64,000 nt of DNA from Alphaproteobacteria bacterium (GCA_965203415.1 CBDBCS010000006.1:343789-407788), one strand, 5' to 3'; shown: positions 52,486-62,534, counted from the stretch's first letter. A program made the numbers and translations. The notes: generated by a model from the sequence alone, not told the origin.

Positions 52486-52923
52486 ATGACCATGACTGAA
52501 AAGACTCGTTTATTCCAATTTGATTTGGTCGCTCCTGATAAGCATCTCTGTGCGTGCCAGGCAGAGATGGTCATCGTCCCAGGCGTGGAGGGCGATTTGG
52601 GCTTGATGGCTCAAAGTGCCCCGATCATCTCGGAGCTCCGCCCGGGCGTGGTGCCTGTCTATCGGGATGGGACGAGGCAAGCTCTCTATTTTATTTTTAG
52701 GGGGCTGGCAGAGACAGACGGCCATGTACTCACGGTCCTAACGTCTTTGGCTTATGATTTATCCCAATTCTCGGCCTCGGCGGCAGAGGCGGCTCTGAAG
52801 GAAGTCCGGCAGACCCCGCCAGAAACGAACCGGGAGACACCTCAGGACCCGCGCCTGACGCCGGAGCACTATTTGGTGGGACTAGAGGCTCTGTGCGCCT
52901 TTTACGAAAACCCGGTTTACTAG
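52486..52923 (+). CDS. atpC: F0F1 ATP synthase subunit epsilon
   Basis: 145 aa; position after atpD and an epsilon-like N-terminal beta-sandwich sequence (LFQFDLVAPDKHL...VVPGVEGDLGLMAQSAPIISELRPGVV). Confidence 0.88.
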   Translation: MTMTEKTRLFQFDLVAPDKHLCACQAEMVIVPGVEGDLGLMAQSAPIISELRPGVVPVYRDGTRQALYFIFRGLAETDGHVLTVLTSLAYDLSQFSASAAEAALKEVRQTPPETNRETPQDPRLTPEHYLVGLEALCAFYENPVY

Positions 52924-52982
52924 CCGAGACCGGTTTGAGCCGACCGAGGGAGCCCGAAGAGACGTGAGGTAACGGCGGCATC

Positions 52983-53900
52983 ATGCATAAAATCGAAAAT
53001 GGGATTTTCTACACGCTCGCCAATCCCTTCGCCAATGAGGCTTTCAGACGCTGGGCTCGCAAAGCAGACTTACCCGCCAACCCCATCCTAGAGCCCTTTG
53101 CGGGGGCGAATCACTTGATTCGCCATCTCGAGACAATGGAGCTTTGCCACCGATTCGATTCTTTTGACATCGCGCCGAATGCGCCCTCTGTCGTCCAAAG
53201 AGACACCCTCCAAGACTTTCCCGACGGGTACGCGGTGTGCATCACGAACCCGCCCTGGCTGGCCAAAAACAGAGCCAAGAGAGTCGGCGTGCGTTATCCT
53301 CAAACGGCTTACAATGATTTGTACAAATTGGCTTTGTCGAAGTGTCTCGAGCACTGCGCGTGGCTTGCGGCCCTTGTGCCCGAGTCCTTTATTCAATCCG
53401 ACAGTCTGCAGGACCGACTGACCGATTTTGTGTCGCTGACGGGAGACTTATTCGGCGACACGACGCATCCGTCGGGTTTAGCTCTGTTTGCGCCCGCCTC
53501 GAGTCGCGACGTTGTGGTCTGGCAAAACAACAAGAAACTAGGCTTGTTGTCGGCTCTCAAGGCTCTGCGCCCGGTGCAGAACAAGGCCGTGCGCGTGCGG
53601 TTCAACGACCCGCGCGGGAATGTCGGCCTGGTCGCCATTGACAATATAAGAGAACCCTCCATCCGTTTCTGTGACCCTGTGGAATTGGGGTGTTATTCTG
53701 TCAGGCACAGCTCGCGTGCTATCACGAAACTATGGGTGGAGGGCGCGATAAAAACGAGTCTGTGGAATGCTTGGATAGCTCAATTCAGACGAGACACGCA
53801 CGATATCCTCTTGACGAGTTTCAAGGGAAGAAGAAAAGACGGCCAATACAGGCGCCGGATGGACTATGCCTTGGCGCGGCGTATCATCAACCATGTCTGA
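52983..53900 (+). CDS. orphan SAM-dependent methyltransferase with NPPW catalytic motif (gamma-class N6-adenine or N-methyltransferase-like), lower-GC gene
   Basis: Motif I-like ILEPFAGANHL, then motif IV AVCITNPPWLAKN (D/N-P-P-Y/F/W family). Local GC visibly lower (about 48-52%) than the roughly 62-65% context. No restriction endonuclease gene adjacent. Confidence 0.6.
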   Translation: MHKIENGIFYTLANPFANEAFRRWARKADLPANPILEPFAGANHLIRHLETMELCHRFDSFDIAPNAPSVVQRDTLQDFPDGYAVCITNPPWLAKNRAKRVGVRYPQTAYNDLYKLALSKCLEHCAWLAALVPESFIQSDSLQDRLTDFVSLTGDLFGDTTHPSGLALFAPASSRDVVVWQNNKKLGLLSALKALRPVQNKAVRVRFNDPRGNVGLVAIDNIREPSIRFCDPVELGCYSVRHSSRAITKLWVEGAIKTSLWNAWIAQFRRDTHDILLTSFKGRRKDGQYRRRMDYALARRIINHV

Positions 53901-54098
53901 AGATGTGGTTAGAAAAGTTTCTTGTCTCATCCCCAAAAGAGGGTTACGTTTATTGCAATTAATTGCGGTCCAAATAAGCTTAAGGCATGGCGTGTGCTTA
54001 CCAGAGCTCGGAAGCCCTCAGAGACTCAGAAGCACACCCTTTCATGGAGAAGCCCTCTAAAATAGACGAAACCTTGTGAGCGGAATAGTATTGGTCGT

Positions 54099-54320
54099 AT
54101 GGACGAGACTCTTTTGAAATTGCTGGTGTGCCCCAAGACGCGTGAGCCTCTTGTTTGGGATAAGACGCGCCATGAACTCGTGAGCCCGGCGGCAGGCCTC
54201 GCCTATCCCATCCGAGATGGCATCCCGATCATGCTCGTCGAGGAGGCGCGGGTCCTGGAAACACCTCCCGACCAAGAAAGTCCCGACCGCGCCTCGGGTA
54301 CGCCTGAATCCGGCGTGTAA
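54099..54320 (+). CDS. Trm112/YcaR-family small Zn-ribbon protein (UPF0434)
   Basis: 73 aa; [51 protein letters not shown] matches the Trm112-like family consensus (LL..LVCP.....L.......L.....[17 protein letters not shown]). Confidence 0.75.
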   Translation: MDETLLKLLVCPKTREPLVWDKTRHELVSPAAGLAYPIRDGIPIMLVEEARVLETPPDQESPDRASGTPESGV

Positions 54321-54342
54321 GTCCAGCGTGTGAGGTCTGACT

Positions 54343-55050
54343 ATGCACCCTGAAAGCCTGCATCGGCGGTTACCTTTTCGGCCTTTTCCAGGCCAGCGTT
54401 GTGCTTGGGCGGGCTGCGGGCAGGACGGTGCTTTTCCGGCCCCCAGAGACCGACATTTTCTGATCTATTATTTTTTCTGCAGAGACCACATCGCCGAATA
54501 TAACAAAGCGTGGGACTATTATCGGGGCATGTCCACCGCCGAGATCGATCAGGACCGCACCGAAGACGCGCACGGCCGACGGCCCACTTGGACGGCGCGG
54601 GGCGGCGGGGCGGGGCCTCGAGAAGAGTCTTTTTTGCGCCAGCATGCAGCCCGGGCTCATGGCCGAGCCCCTGGCCAAGCTCATGGGGCCCGGGGGACGT
54701 ATCGAGGGACGTATCGGGGGACGTGGGAGAACCACGAGCCCCATGCGGGCGGGGAAGACGCCGCCGAAGAACACCCGTCTCGGGGCGACGAGGCAACCTC
54801 GGCAGCCTCGTCGGCTCGGCGCGTTCCGCTTCCGGGGGCGGTCCGGCGCGCCTGTCGGACCCTGGGGTATGACAGTAGTGCGCAGGGTCTCCCGGCGTTA
54901 GAGGCACTCAAGGGGCATTACAAAGCCCTCGTCCGCGAGCTGCATCCCGACCTGAACGGAGCAGACCGGACCCGGGAAGAGAAACTCAAACGCGTCAATG
55001 CGGCCTATAGCCTTTTGTGCCGTCACCTTGGACAGAGGAAGCTCCACTGA
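54343..55050 (+). CDS. J-domain (DnaJ-like) protein with N-terminal Cys/His Zn-ribbon-like segment and low-complexity middle
   Basis: C-terminal J domain (KGHYKALVRELHPDLNGADRTREEKLKRVNAAYSLL; HPD motif). N-terminal CAWAGCG...FFCRDHIAEY. Confidence 0.7.
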   Translation: MHPESLHRRLPFRPFPGQRCAWAGCGQDGAFPAPRDRHFLIYYFFCRDHIAEYNKAWDYYRGMSTAEIDQDRTEDAHGRRPTWTARGGGAGPREESFLRQHAARAHGRAPGQAHGARGTYRGTYRGTWENHEPHAGGEDAAEEHPSRGDEATSAASSARRVPLPGAVRRACRTLGYDSSAQGLPALEALKGHYKALVRELHPDLNGADRTREEKLKRVNAAYSLLCRHLGQRKLH

Positions 55051-55055
55051 CGCGC

Positions 55056-56309
55056 GTGACGTTCCGCGTCCATCGGGCCATCGCCGACTTCACGGCCGAG
55101 CAGTGGCAGGCTTGTCTGCAGGCCGACCATCCTTTTTTGAACCACGCCTTTCTAGCGGCTCTGGAGAGCAGCGGTTCCGTCGGCGGCGAAACGGGGTGGG
55201 TGCCGTTCCATTTGGCTCTCTGGGACGGGGGCGAGCTTTTAGCGTGTGCCCCTGCTTTTCTCAAGACGCATTCTTACGGCGAATATGTCTTTGATTGGCT
55301 GTGGGCGGAAGCCTATGAGCACGCCGGCGGCCGCTATTATCCGAAACTTCTTTTCGGCGTGCCCTTCACGCCGGTGCCGGGGCCGCGGCTTCTTGTTTCG
55401 AGTCAAGGGGCGACTCGGTTAGGGGCGGCGACCGCGCGACGCCAGCTCGTCCGGGGGGCTCAAGAGCTCTTAAAGCACTATCACCTATCCTCTTGTCATG
55501 CGCTTTTTCTGCGCGAGGCGGCGGACCGCGAAGCTTTTGCGCAAATCGGAGCTCTGTCCCGTTTCGGGCTCCAGTATCACTGGCACGGTCGAGACGACTG
55601 TCCAGACTGGGCGGGCTATCTTGCTCGGATGCGCGCGCCCAAGCGCAAGCAGATAAAACGCGAACGAGCGGCGTGGTCGGCGTATCGTTTTGCCTGGCGG
55701 ACGGGCCGAGACCTCCAAGACCCAGCCGCTCTAACCACCTTCTACGAGCACTACGCAAGTACCTACGACCGCAAATGGGGCGCGCCGTATCTGCGTCCCG
55801 CCTTTTTTGATACTCTGTTCAGGAGTCTCCCAGAGGCCGTTCGATGCTTGTGTTGTTTTCACGACGGCGTCTGGTGTGCCTCGGCCCTCAATTATATAAG
55901 CTGGGAAGAGAAAGCCCTCTTCGGGCGTCACTGGGGGAGTTCGCAGGAACCCACCAACACGCCGGACTCAAGCCGGCTTCCTGGCCAACCTAGCGGCCTG
56001 CACTTCGAGTGTTGTTATTATCAGGCTCTAGATTTCGCGTTCCGGCACGGTCTCGCCCGGCACGAGGCAGGGGTCCAGGGGCATGCGCACAAATTGGCTC
56101 GGGGCTATGCGCCTGTTTTGACGCATTCGGCTCATTATTTTGTTCAGCCCGCCCTCGGAGAAGCCGTCGAGACGTGGCTCCGGCACGAACGAGCCCTCGT
56201 TCGTGCCCAATACGAAGCGGGGCTCGAGGCTCTGCCCTGGCGGCGCGAAGAAAACAAGACGGCCCCAGGAGACCCAGGCGGCGAGGCCTCATGCCGTTCC
56301 GGGTTGTGA
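55056..56309 (+). CDS. DUF482 / FemAB-like (BioF2-like) GNAT-superfamily protein
   Basis: ...VPFHLALWDGGELLACAPAFLKTHSYGEYVFDWLWAEAYEHAG... matches the DUF482 N-terminal signature. The ORF track starts at 55017, overlapping the J-domain gene; GTG at 55056 with upstream GAGGAA is preferred. Confidence 0.6.
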   Translation: MTFRVHRAIADFTAEQWQACLQADHPFLNHAFLAALESSGSVGGETGWVPFHLALWDGGELLACAPAFLKTHSYGEYVFDWLWAEAYEHAGGRYYPKLLFGVPFTPVPGPRLLVSSQGATRLGAATARRQLVRGAQELLKHYHLSSCHALFLREAADREAFAQIGALSRFGLQYHWHGRDDCPDWAGYLARMRAPKRKQIKRERAAWSAYRFAWRTGRDLQDPAALTTFYEHYASTYDRKWGAPYLRPAFFDTLFRSLPEAVRCLCCFHDGVWCASALNYISWEEKALFGRHWGSSQEPTNTPDSSRLPGQPSGLHFECCYYQALDFAFRHGLARHEAGVQGHAHKLARGYAPVLTHSAHYFVQPALGEAVETWLRHERALVRAQYEAGLEALPWRREENKTAPGDPGGEASCRSGL

Positions 56310-56903
56310 AAAGAGCATCTCGGGTCGGACACCCAGGCGCGTCAGAGCTCCGAGCCATTTTTTCTCGTCGGGGCAATTAAACACAATATCGGTGTCAAAA
56401 GGGAGCGTCAGCCAAACATTTTGTCGCAGTTCGTTCTCCAGCTGACCCGAGACCCATTTCGCCTGCCCCAGACACACGAGATACTCCGCCGGCCCCTTGC
56501 CCGCCGCCAGAGCGTGCAGAATCGAAACCGAGCTCGTACACCCCGCCTTGTCCTGAAGAAAAACCATGGACTCGTGGTGGTAGTCGGGGCTGTGGACGAC
56601 GAAGCCGCTCTGACTCGAGACGGGCCCGCCGAAATAAGCGGGGTGTTTAAATTTCTCGGCTTCGAACGGCACCTCGAGCTGGTTGAGGAGCGCGGCTACA
56701 TTGAGGCCTCGAATCCGCCGATTGATGATGATGCCCATAGAGCCCTCTTCATCGTGTTCGAACATCAGCACGACGCTTTCCGCAAAGCGCATATCGTGCA
56801 CCTCGGGCATGGCGATGAGCAAATGACCCACCAGAAAGCCCTCGTGCTGGATGGAGGGTAAAGTTGTGATCGACTGACTTTGCTGATTCTGCGGATTCTG
56901 CAT
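56289..56903 (-). CDS. YqgE/AlgH-family protein (UPF0301)
   Basis: ...GFLVGHLLIAMPEVHDMRFAESVVLMFEHDEEGSMGIIINRR... matches the family consensus. The ORF track extends to 56951. Confidence 0.8.
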   Translation of the reverse strand: MQNPQNQQSQSITTLPSIQHEGFLVGHLLIAMPEVHDMRFAESVVLMFEHDEEGSMGIIINRRIRGLNVAALLNQLEVPFEAEKFKHPAYFGGPVSSQSGFVVHSPDYHHESMVFLQDKAGCTSSVSILHALAAGKGPAEYLVCLGQAKWVSGQLENELRQNVWLTLPFDTDIVFNCPDEKKWLGALTRLGVRPEMLFSQPGTA

Positions 56904-56988
56904 AGAAATCGGGTCAAAAAACGCTAAAAAAAACGCAATCGAGGCATGCATTCGACAAAAGCTTGCCTGAGGTTTACTATAGAGGCTT

Positions 56989-59480
56989 ATGGCTAGAATT
57001 GCAATTTTTTTGAAACGGAGGGCTCGGCGAGGGCGGAGCCGCCTATGTGCGGGTCTACGCTCAAGCCTGCGTTCGGGCGTTTTGTATGCGGCGGTTCTGA
57101 CGGGGGCGGCGGTCTGGTCGTCGGAGGCGGCTCAGACCCAAGAGGCCCCTGCCTGGCACCGCCACGACTTCGGAGCCGTGCGTCTGGTGGCGGCCGGCCC
57201 GCCGAATGCCGAGGGAACCGTGTGGCTCGGGCTTGCCTTCGAGCTGGAACCGGGCTGGAAAATTTACTGGCGCACGCCAGGGGTTGGCGGGTATCCGCCT
57301 CGTCTTGTTCTGGAAGAGGACTCGGCGGCTGTTTCGGAGGTCCGGCTCTTATTCCCGAAGCCGACGCCCTTTGTGCTGTTTGGGGCTCAGAATTGGGGCT
57401 ATGGCGAGGAGGAGGTGCTCCTGCCCGTCTCCGTCCAGCTGACGGAGACAGACCTGGCGAGGCCAGACCTGGCTAAGCCTGACCTGGCGGCGGGACCAGA
57501 GCCACATACGCTCACGGCAGAGGTGTCCTATCTGACGTGCAGCGAGATTTGTGTGCCGATTCAGACGCGTCTGACGTTATCGCTGGGGGGTGACGAGGTC
57601 TTTTATCCTCATGCCATTGATCGGGCTCGCAAGCTTGTCCCGACGCCTCGGGTCGAATCCCTGTTCGAGTCCATTTTTTTCCAGGCCGAGGGGCCCTCGG
57701 ACAAGAGCGGCCCTATAGGCATGGGGCCCATGCGCCTAGAGGCTCTTTTCAAACCGACGCCCGATTTTCCGAATGCGCCTCTGGAGGTCATTTTTGAGGA
57801 TCTTGAAACGAAAAACGGGCCTCTGGTTTTTTCACCGGCGAGCCTCGCGGTCCAGTACGACGGTCGCACGAGGATCACGGCTCTTGGGGTGCCCTCGGGG
57901 CGGGCGCGAGTCAAATCTGCCGGACAGTCCACCGGGCAATCCACCGGGCAAATTACCGGGCAGGTCGCCGGGGGGGACACAGAGACCGCCGCCCCTCTCG
58001 GGGTTTCATCCGGGATTTTATCCGGGGCGAGCCCGGGGGCGAGCCCCGAGCTCGCCCTCCGCGTCACGGCGCGCTTTGCGGAAGTCGGTCTGACCGAACA
58101 CCTTGTTACGGCAGCCCCGGGCGTGCCGGGCGTTCGTGGCGAGGCGGGCTCTTGGGGGACGCTGGCTTTCATGCTTCTGATTGCGTTTCTGGGCGGCGTT
58201 CTTTTGAATTTCATGCCGTGTGTTTTGCCTGTTCTGTCCTTGAAGCTTATAGGGCTTGTGCAGGCGGACAGAGCGGACGACCCAAACAACCCAGGCGGTC
58301 CAAGCGACCTCCAGCGGCGGACGCGCCGCGTCCGGGCTCTTTTTCTCGCGAGCTTCCTGGGCGTCTGGAGCTGCTTTATGAGTCTGGGCGTGATTTTGGC
58401 TCTTTTGCAGGCCAGCGGAGGGCGCGTCGGGTGGGGGATTCAGTTCCAGAGTCCTCTTTTTTTAGCCGCCATGACCGGTGTTTTGCTTTTTTTCGCGGCG
58501 TCGCTCTTCGGGTGGTTCGAGCTCCGTCTCCCCGGCGGCGTGGCGCGTTTTCTGAGCCAGCGGCCTCTCCACATCAAAGACACAAGCTGGCTTGGGTCTT
58601 TTATGACGGGCGCCTTCGCCACGATTCTGGCGACGCCCTGTCTGGGGCCTTTTCTTGGGACGGCGCTCAGTTTTGCGCTCACGCAGGGGCCCGCCGAGAC
58701 ATGTGCGATCTTCGCCTGCCTAGGGCTGGGGATGGGCAGCCCGTATTTGGCGGGCGTTGTGGTGCCTCGCCCGACGCGGTTTTTGCCAACGCCGGGGCCC
58801 TGGATGGTTCATGTGAGGCGGCTCTTTGGGGTAGGCGTCCTCTTAACGGTGGGCTGGTTGTTGTGGCTTATGTCCGATTGGGCGGTGCAGCTGGCGGTTG
58901 TCGCCGGAGCCGCTGGGATGCTCGGGCTGATGAGGCTTTTCAAAAAAGACAGGGACTCGTTCTGGTTCTAGGGCTCTTAGGCTTGAGTCTCACGCCTTCG
59001 CTCGCCCGGGAGGGGCTGCCTGTGCCGGCGCGTCTGACGGAAACCGCCCGGGGGCTCTCTTGGGAGGCCTTCGACCCCATGGTTCTGAGTTCGGCTCTTC
59101 AGGCAGGCGAGCGGGTCTATGTCCACTTCACCGCCGACTGGTGCGTTTTGTGCAAACTCAACGAGCAGCGGGTTCTGACCGTGGCAGACCGCCGAGAATT
59201 ATCACGGGAATTATCGCGGGAATTGTCAAGCCAGGCGGCCGACCCGCCGCGGTCTCCAGACCAGAGCCAAAACCAGAGCCAAAACCCCGTCCGCTGGATG
59301 CGAGGCGACTGGACGCACCCCGACCCCGAGCTCGAAGCCTGGCTCAAACGCCATGGACGCTTCGGCATCCCCTTTGACATTGTGTACGGCCCAGAGCGTC
59401 CAGGCGGCATCCTTCTGCCCGAAATTTTGTCTCGGGACGGCGTGCGACGGGCCCTTGCCAGCGCCTTAAAAAAAGGCTAG
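56989..59480 (+). pseudogene. dsbD: thiol:disulfide interchange protein DsbD split by a -1 frameshift at an A6 tract (about 58936-58941); frames 56989..58971 and 58152..59480
   Basis: Frame A encodes an N-terminal periplasmic domain plus the DsbD/CcdA transmembrane core (LLNFMPCVLPVLSLK) and ends ...LFKKDRDSFWF*. Frame B continues ...FQKRQGLVLVLGLLGL... to the C-terminal thioredoxin domain (YVHFTADWCVLCK). Adding one A in TTTTCAAAAAAGACAGG fuses them into a full-length DsbD. Confidence 0.75.
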
Positions 59481-59643
59481 AATGGCTCGCCGTGTAACCG
59501 TGAGCCCTCCCGGCGTGCCGGAAAGTGTCCCGTCGGAAGACGTTCCGTCCAAACGCGAGAAACATAAGACGCCTCAAACGAGCGGCACAAACACGCGGAC
59601 CCGCACGGACCCCCGCACAGCACACAGGCACTCTTCGGTTTAT

Positions 59644-60939
59644 ATGCTCCCCCGACTTCTTTTCATTGATTTAGCCCGCCAACAAAAACGCCTCCGGGCA
59701 GGGCTGGAAAGACGGATGCAAGCCGTTTTAGACCACGGTCAGTATCTCAACGGCATAGAGGTGCACCAATTGGAGGAGGCTCTCGCGCAGCGGGCTGGCG
59801 TCCCCCACGTGGTGAGTTGTGCCAGTGGCACAGACGCGCTTGTGATTGCCTTGCGAGCTCTGGGGATCGGCCCAGGCGATTGTGTTTTCGTCCCGGCCTT
59901 CACCTTCATCGCCCCCGTAGAGGCCATCGTGCTCGTCGGTGCCCGCCCCTGTTTTGTGGATGTGGACGCGCACCAATTCACCATGGCGCCGGCAGCTTTG
60001 GAGAAAAGTCTGACGGAGGCACTGCGGCAGGGGTTGCGCCCCCGAGCTATTTTACCTGTCGATTTGTTTGGGTTGCCTGCGCCTTATCCGGCTCTGTTCG
60101 AGCTCGCCCAGCACTATCGTCTGGACGTTCTAGCGGATTGCGCTCAGAGTTTTGGCGCCTGTATCGGCAACAAGACCGTCCTTTCGCTCAATACGACGGG
60201 GACGACGAGTTTTTTTCCCTCTAAGCCTCTTGGAGCCTATGGAGACGCAGGTGCCATTTTTCTTCACGACGCCTCTCTGGCCGAGCTGTGCCGCTCTATT
60301 CGGGAACACGGGAAAGGCGCGCAACGCTATCAGCACGACCGACTTGGTTTCACGGGGCGCATGGACACCTTGCAGGCGGCGGTGCTGCTCGAAAAATTAA
60401 AGATCTTCGATGAGGAACTCGAAGCGCGTCAGAGGATTGCGGGGCGTTATCACCGCCTTCTGGGGGGCTCGGGCGTGTCCCTGCCCCGCGTCCCCGAGGG
60501 CTTTCAGAGCACGTGGGCTCTTTACACCATTCTGGCGTCTCACGAGCAACGGCGCGACCAGTTGCGGCGAGACCTTGACTCGGCCGGCATTCCCTCGGTG
60601 GTGTATTACCCGCGCCTGGCTTGCGATGAGCCGCCCTATCGGTCTTTTGTTTTGTCCCCGGCGGTCTCGGCCGCCTCGGCGGCGGCGGGGGCCGCGGCGG
60701 CAGCAGAAACAGCTTTTCCCGTGGCCCGGGCTCTGACGCGGCGCGTCCTGAGCCTGCCTATGCACCCTTATCTGACAGCAGAAGAACAGGCACGCATCGC
60801 GGCCGTCGTCCAGCAGAGTCAAGCTCTTCACCGCGAAGCGGACGCCGCCTCAGAGCTCAACGGAACGACCGAGGAAAGAGCCGGGGAAAGAGCCGGGGAA
60901 GCGGCCGAGCTCGGCCGCCTGCCCTCTCGTGCGGGATGA
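59644..60939 (+). CDS. DegT/DnrJ/EryC1/StrS-family PLP-dependent (sugar) aminotransferase; ORF track start 59482 is an N-terminal low-complexity extension
   Basis: ...VVSCASGTDALVIALRALGIGPGDCVFVPAFTFIAPVEAIVLVGARPCFVDVD... plus the downstream PLP-lysine region; Ala-rich C-terminal tail. Confidence 0.85.
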   Translation: MLPRLLFIDLARQQKRLRAGLERRMQAVLDHGQYLNGIEVHQLEEALAQRAGVPHVVSCASGTDALVIALRALGIGPGDCVFVPAFTFIAPVEAIVLVGARPCFVDVDAHQFTMAPAALEKSLTEALRQGLRPRAILPVDLFGLPAPYPALFELAQHYRLDVLADCAQSFGACIGNKTVLSLNTTGTTSFFPSKPLGAYGDAGAIFLHDASLAELCRSIREHGKGAQRYQHDRLGFTGRMDTLQAAVLLEKLKIFDEELEARQRIAGRYHRLLGGSGVSLPRVPEGFQSTWALYTILASHEQRRDQLRRDLDSAGIPSVVYYPRLACDEPPYRSFVLSPAVSAASAAAGAAAAAETAFPVARALTRRVLSLPMHPYLTAEEQARIAAVVQQSQALHREADAASELNGTTEERAGERAGEAAELGRLPSRAG

Positions 60940-61426
60940 GACCGAACAGCGTCTCGTCCTCCGTCGGCTTGTCCTGGAGGCCCTCGCCCGCCTGGCGACA
61001 GCCCGACCCGGGGACGATGGGGGCGATGGCGTCTCGGCTGGGCTCTCGTCCCAGGATTGGGACGAGCTCCAAGCGTGTTTCGAGGCTCTCAAAGCTTATT
61101 TTGACGAAGAAAAAGGGGCGGCCCCGAACGAGCCCTCGGGGGGCGTGGGTCTGACCGTGGGTCTGACAGAGCTGGAGCGTCTCCGGCGCGCTCTTGGTCA
61201 TTATGTGAGGGCTCAAGAACAGCAGGACCCCGAGCTGGCTCGGCACGATCGCCCGGCTCTGCAGCGGCTCCTGGCCTGGCTGGCCGACCAGGAACTGAGC
61301 CGTATTTGCCCGCTAGACCGGCAAAAATGGCGGGCTTATCTGAACGAACTGGCGCACGCGTGCCAAAACGAGCAAACGAAACAACTCAACAGCGACGCCC
61401 CCATAAGGCCCCATGAGGCCCCATGA
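60929..61426 (+). CDS. hypothetical protein (165 aa); ends in a GGCCCCATGA x3 micro-repeat
   Basis: Open frame with reasonable codon usage; no family recognised. Confidence 0.35.
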   Translation: MRDETEQRLVLRRLVLEALARLATARPGDDGGDGVSAGLSSQDWDELQACFEALKAYFDEEKGAAPNEPSGGVGLTVGLTELERLRRALGHYVRAQEQQDPELARHDRPALQRLLAWLADQELSRICPLDRQKWRAYLNELAHACQNEQTKQLNSDAPIRPHEAP

Positions 61427-61592
61427 GGCCCCATGACACGCTGGGGGGCGAGGCCCTGAAGAGGAGACTTGACACAGATTTTGGCACGTGATATGCTTGC
61501 CTCCGCTGGTGGTCTCATGTGAGAGAACCCTAACAGACAAAACGACGACGGCAGGCGGAACGCAACCCATGAGCATGCACAGGTGGTTATAG

Positions 61593-62534
61593 ATGGGGCA
61601 TGATCTTGTTCTCTCTGCTTCGGACAGAGAGGCTCTGACGCTTTTGCGGACCCTGGAGGGAACCCAAGAGCGGGCTCTAGGGCGTTTAAGTTCGGGGCGG
61701 CGGTCGCGCGAAGAGCTGCTTGCGGACCCTGTGGATTTCTATCGTCTGAACAGCTATCGTCGGCATCTCGCCCGCATCTACACCATCGAGCAGACGGTCG
61801 ACCAACACGAGACGGCAATTCAAGCGACGCTCCAGGGTCTAGAGGGCATTTCGGACTTGTTCGGACAGCTGCGGGCCGAGGTGAAACGCGCCCTCGCCGG
61901 AGACACGCCACGCGAAGAAATCAGCCGCAATTTTCAAGATTTTTTCGAACAAATCCTGCTTTTGGCTCGGGATAGTTCGTATCAGGGTCTCAATTTAATC
62001 ACCACCTCGCGCGCGGTCCTCGTCGCGGATACCGGCCCAGATCAAGAGGCCGTCAATCCACGCATCACCATCGAGGGGCTAGATTTGTTCAACAGGCCGC
62101 TCACCGAGGCGGGCGTTTTTGGCGCCCCTTGGGTCGACGAAGACGACCAATTTGCCTTTAGCCTCATCCAATTCGAGTTTGAAGGGGTGCGCGTTTCGTT
62201 CTCCAGAGGCTTTTCCAGCTTATCGCTCATCGGCGAGGTCCAGAGTGTTCTTCAAGCTCTCGACCGCGACCTAGACGATGCGCACCATCGTCTGGACAGT
62301 CAGGCGGAGCTTTTAGCGATCGACACTGCGAACATAGACCTCATCCGGCGCGACGTCCGGGCGCAGGTCACGGGGACTCTCGATCCGGCCATCCAACGCC
62401 TGCAGGACAACGACCTGAATGAAGACAGCGTCCTGGTGGCGGCGACGCGTTTGCGTCATGATTTATTGACGCGCTCTATTGCGAACGGTTTTGAGGTGTC
62501 GGCGGGGGCTCTTCGGGCTCTGCTCGCCAATTAG
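61593..62534 (+). CDS. hypothetical protein with distant flagellin/FlgL-superfamily-like N- and C-terminal helical segments
   Basis: N-terminal pattern ...ALTLLRTLEGTQERALGRLSSGRR...AIQATLQGLEGISDLFGQLRAEVKRA... parallels flagellin N-domain helices (ALQTLR...SSGLRI...AEGALNEI...LQRIREL...). Ends ...GALRALLAN. Weak; inference only. Confidence 0.4.
   Translation: MGHDLVLSASDREALTLLRTLEGTQERALGRLSSGRRSREELLADPVDFYRLNSYRRHLARIYTIEQTVDQHETAIQATLQGLEGISDLFGQLRAEVKRALAGDTPREEISRNFQDFFEQILLLARDSSYQGLNLITTSRAVLVADTGPDQEAVNPRITIEGLDLFNRPLTEAGVFGAPWVDEDDQFAFSLIQFEFEGVRVSFSRGFSSLSLIGEVQSVLQALDRDLDDAHHRLDSQAELLAIDTANIDLIRRDVRAQVTGTLDPAIQRLQDNDLNEDSVLVAATRLRHDLLTRSIANGFEVSAGALRALLAN

Noticed and set aside
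52983-53900. Restriction-modification system around the NPPW methyltransferase
   Set aside because: No endonuclease, specificity subunit or helicase gene adjacent; neighbours are atpC and a Trm112-like gene, so called orphan methyltransferase only.
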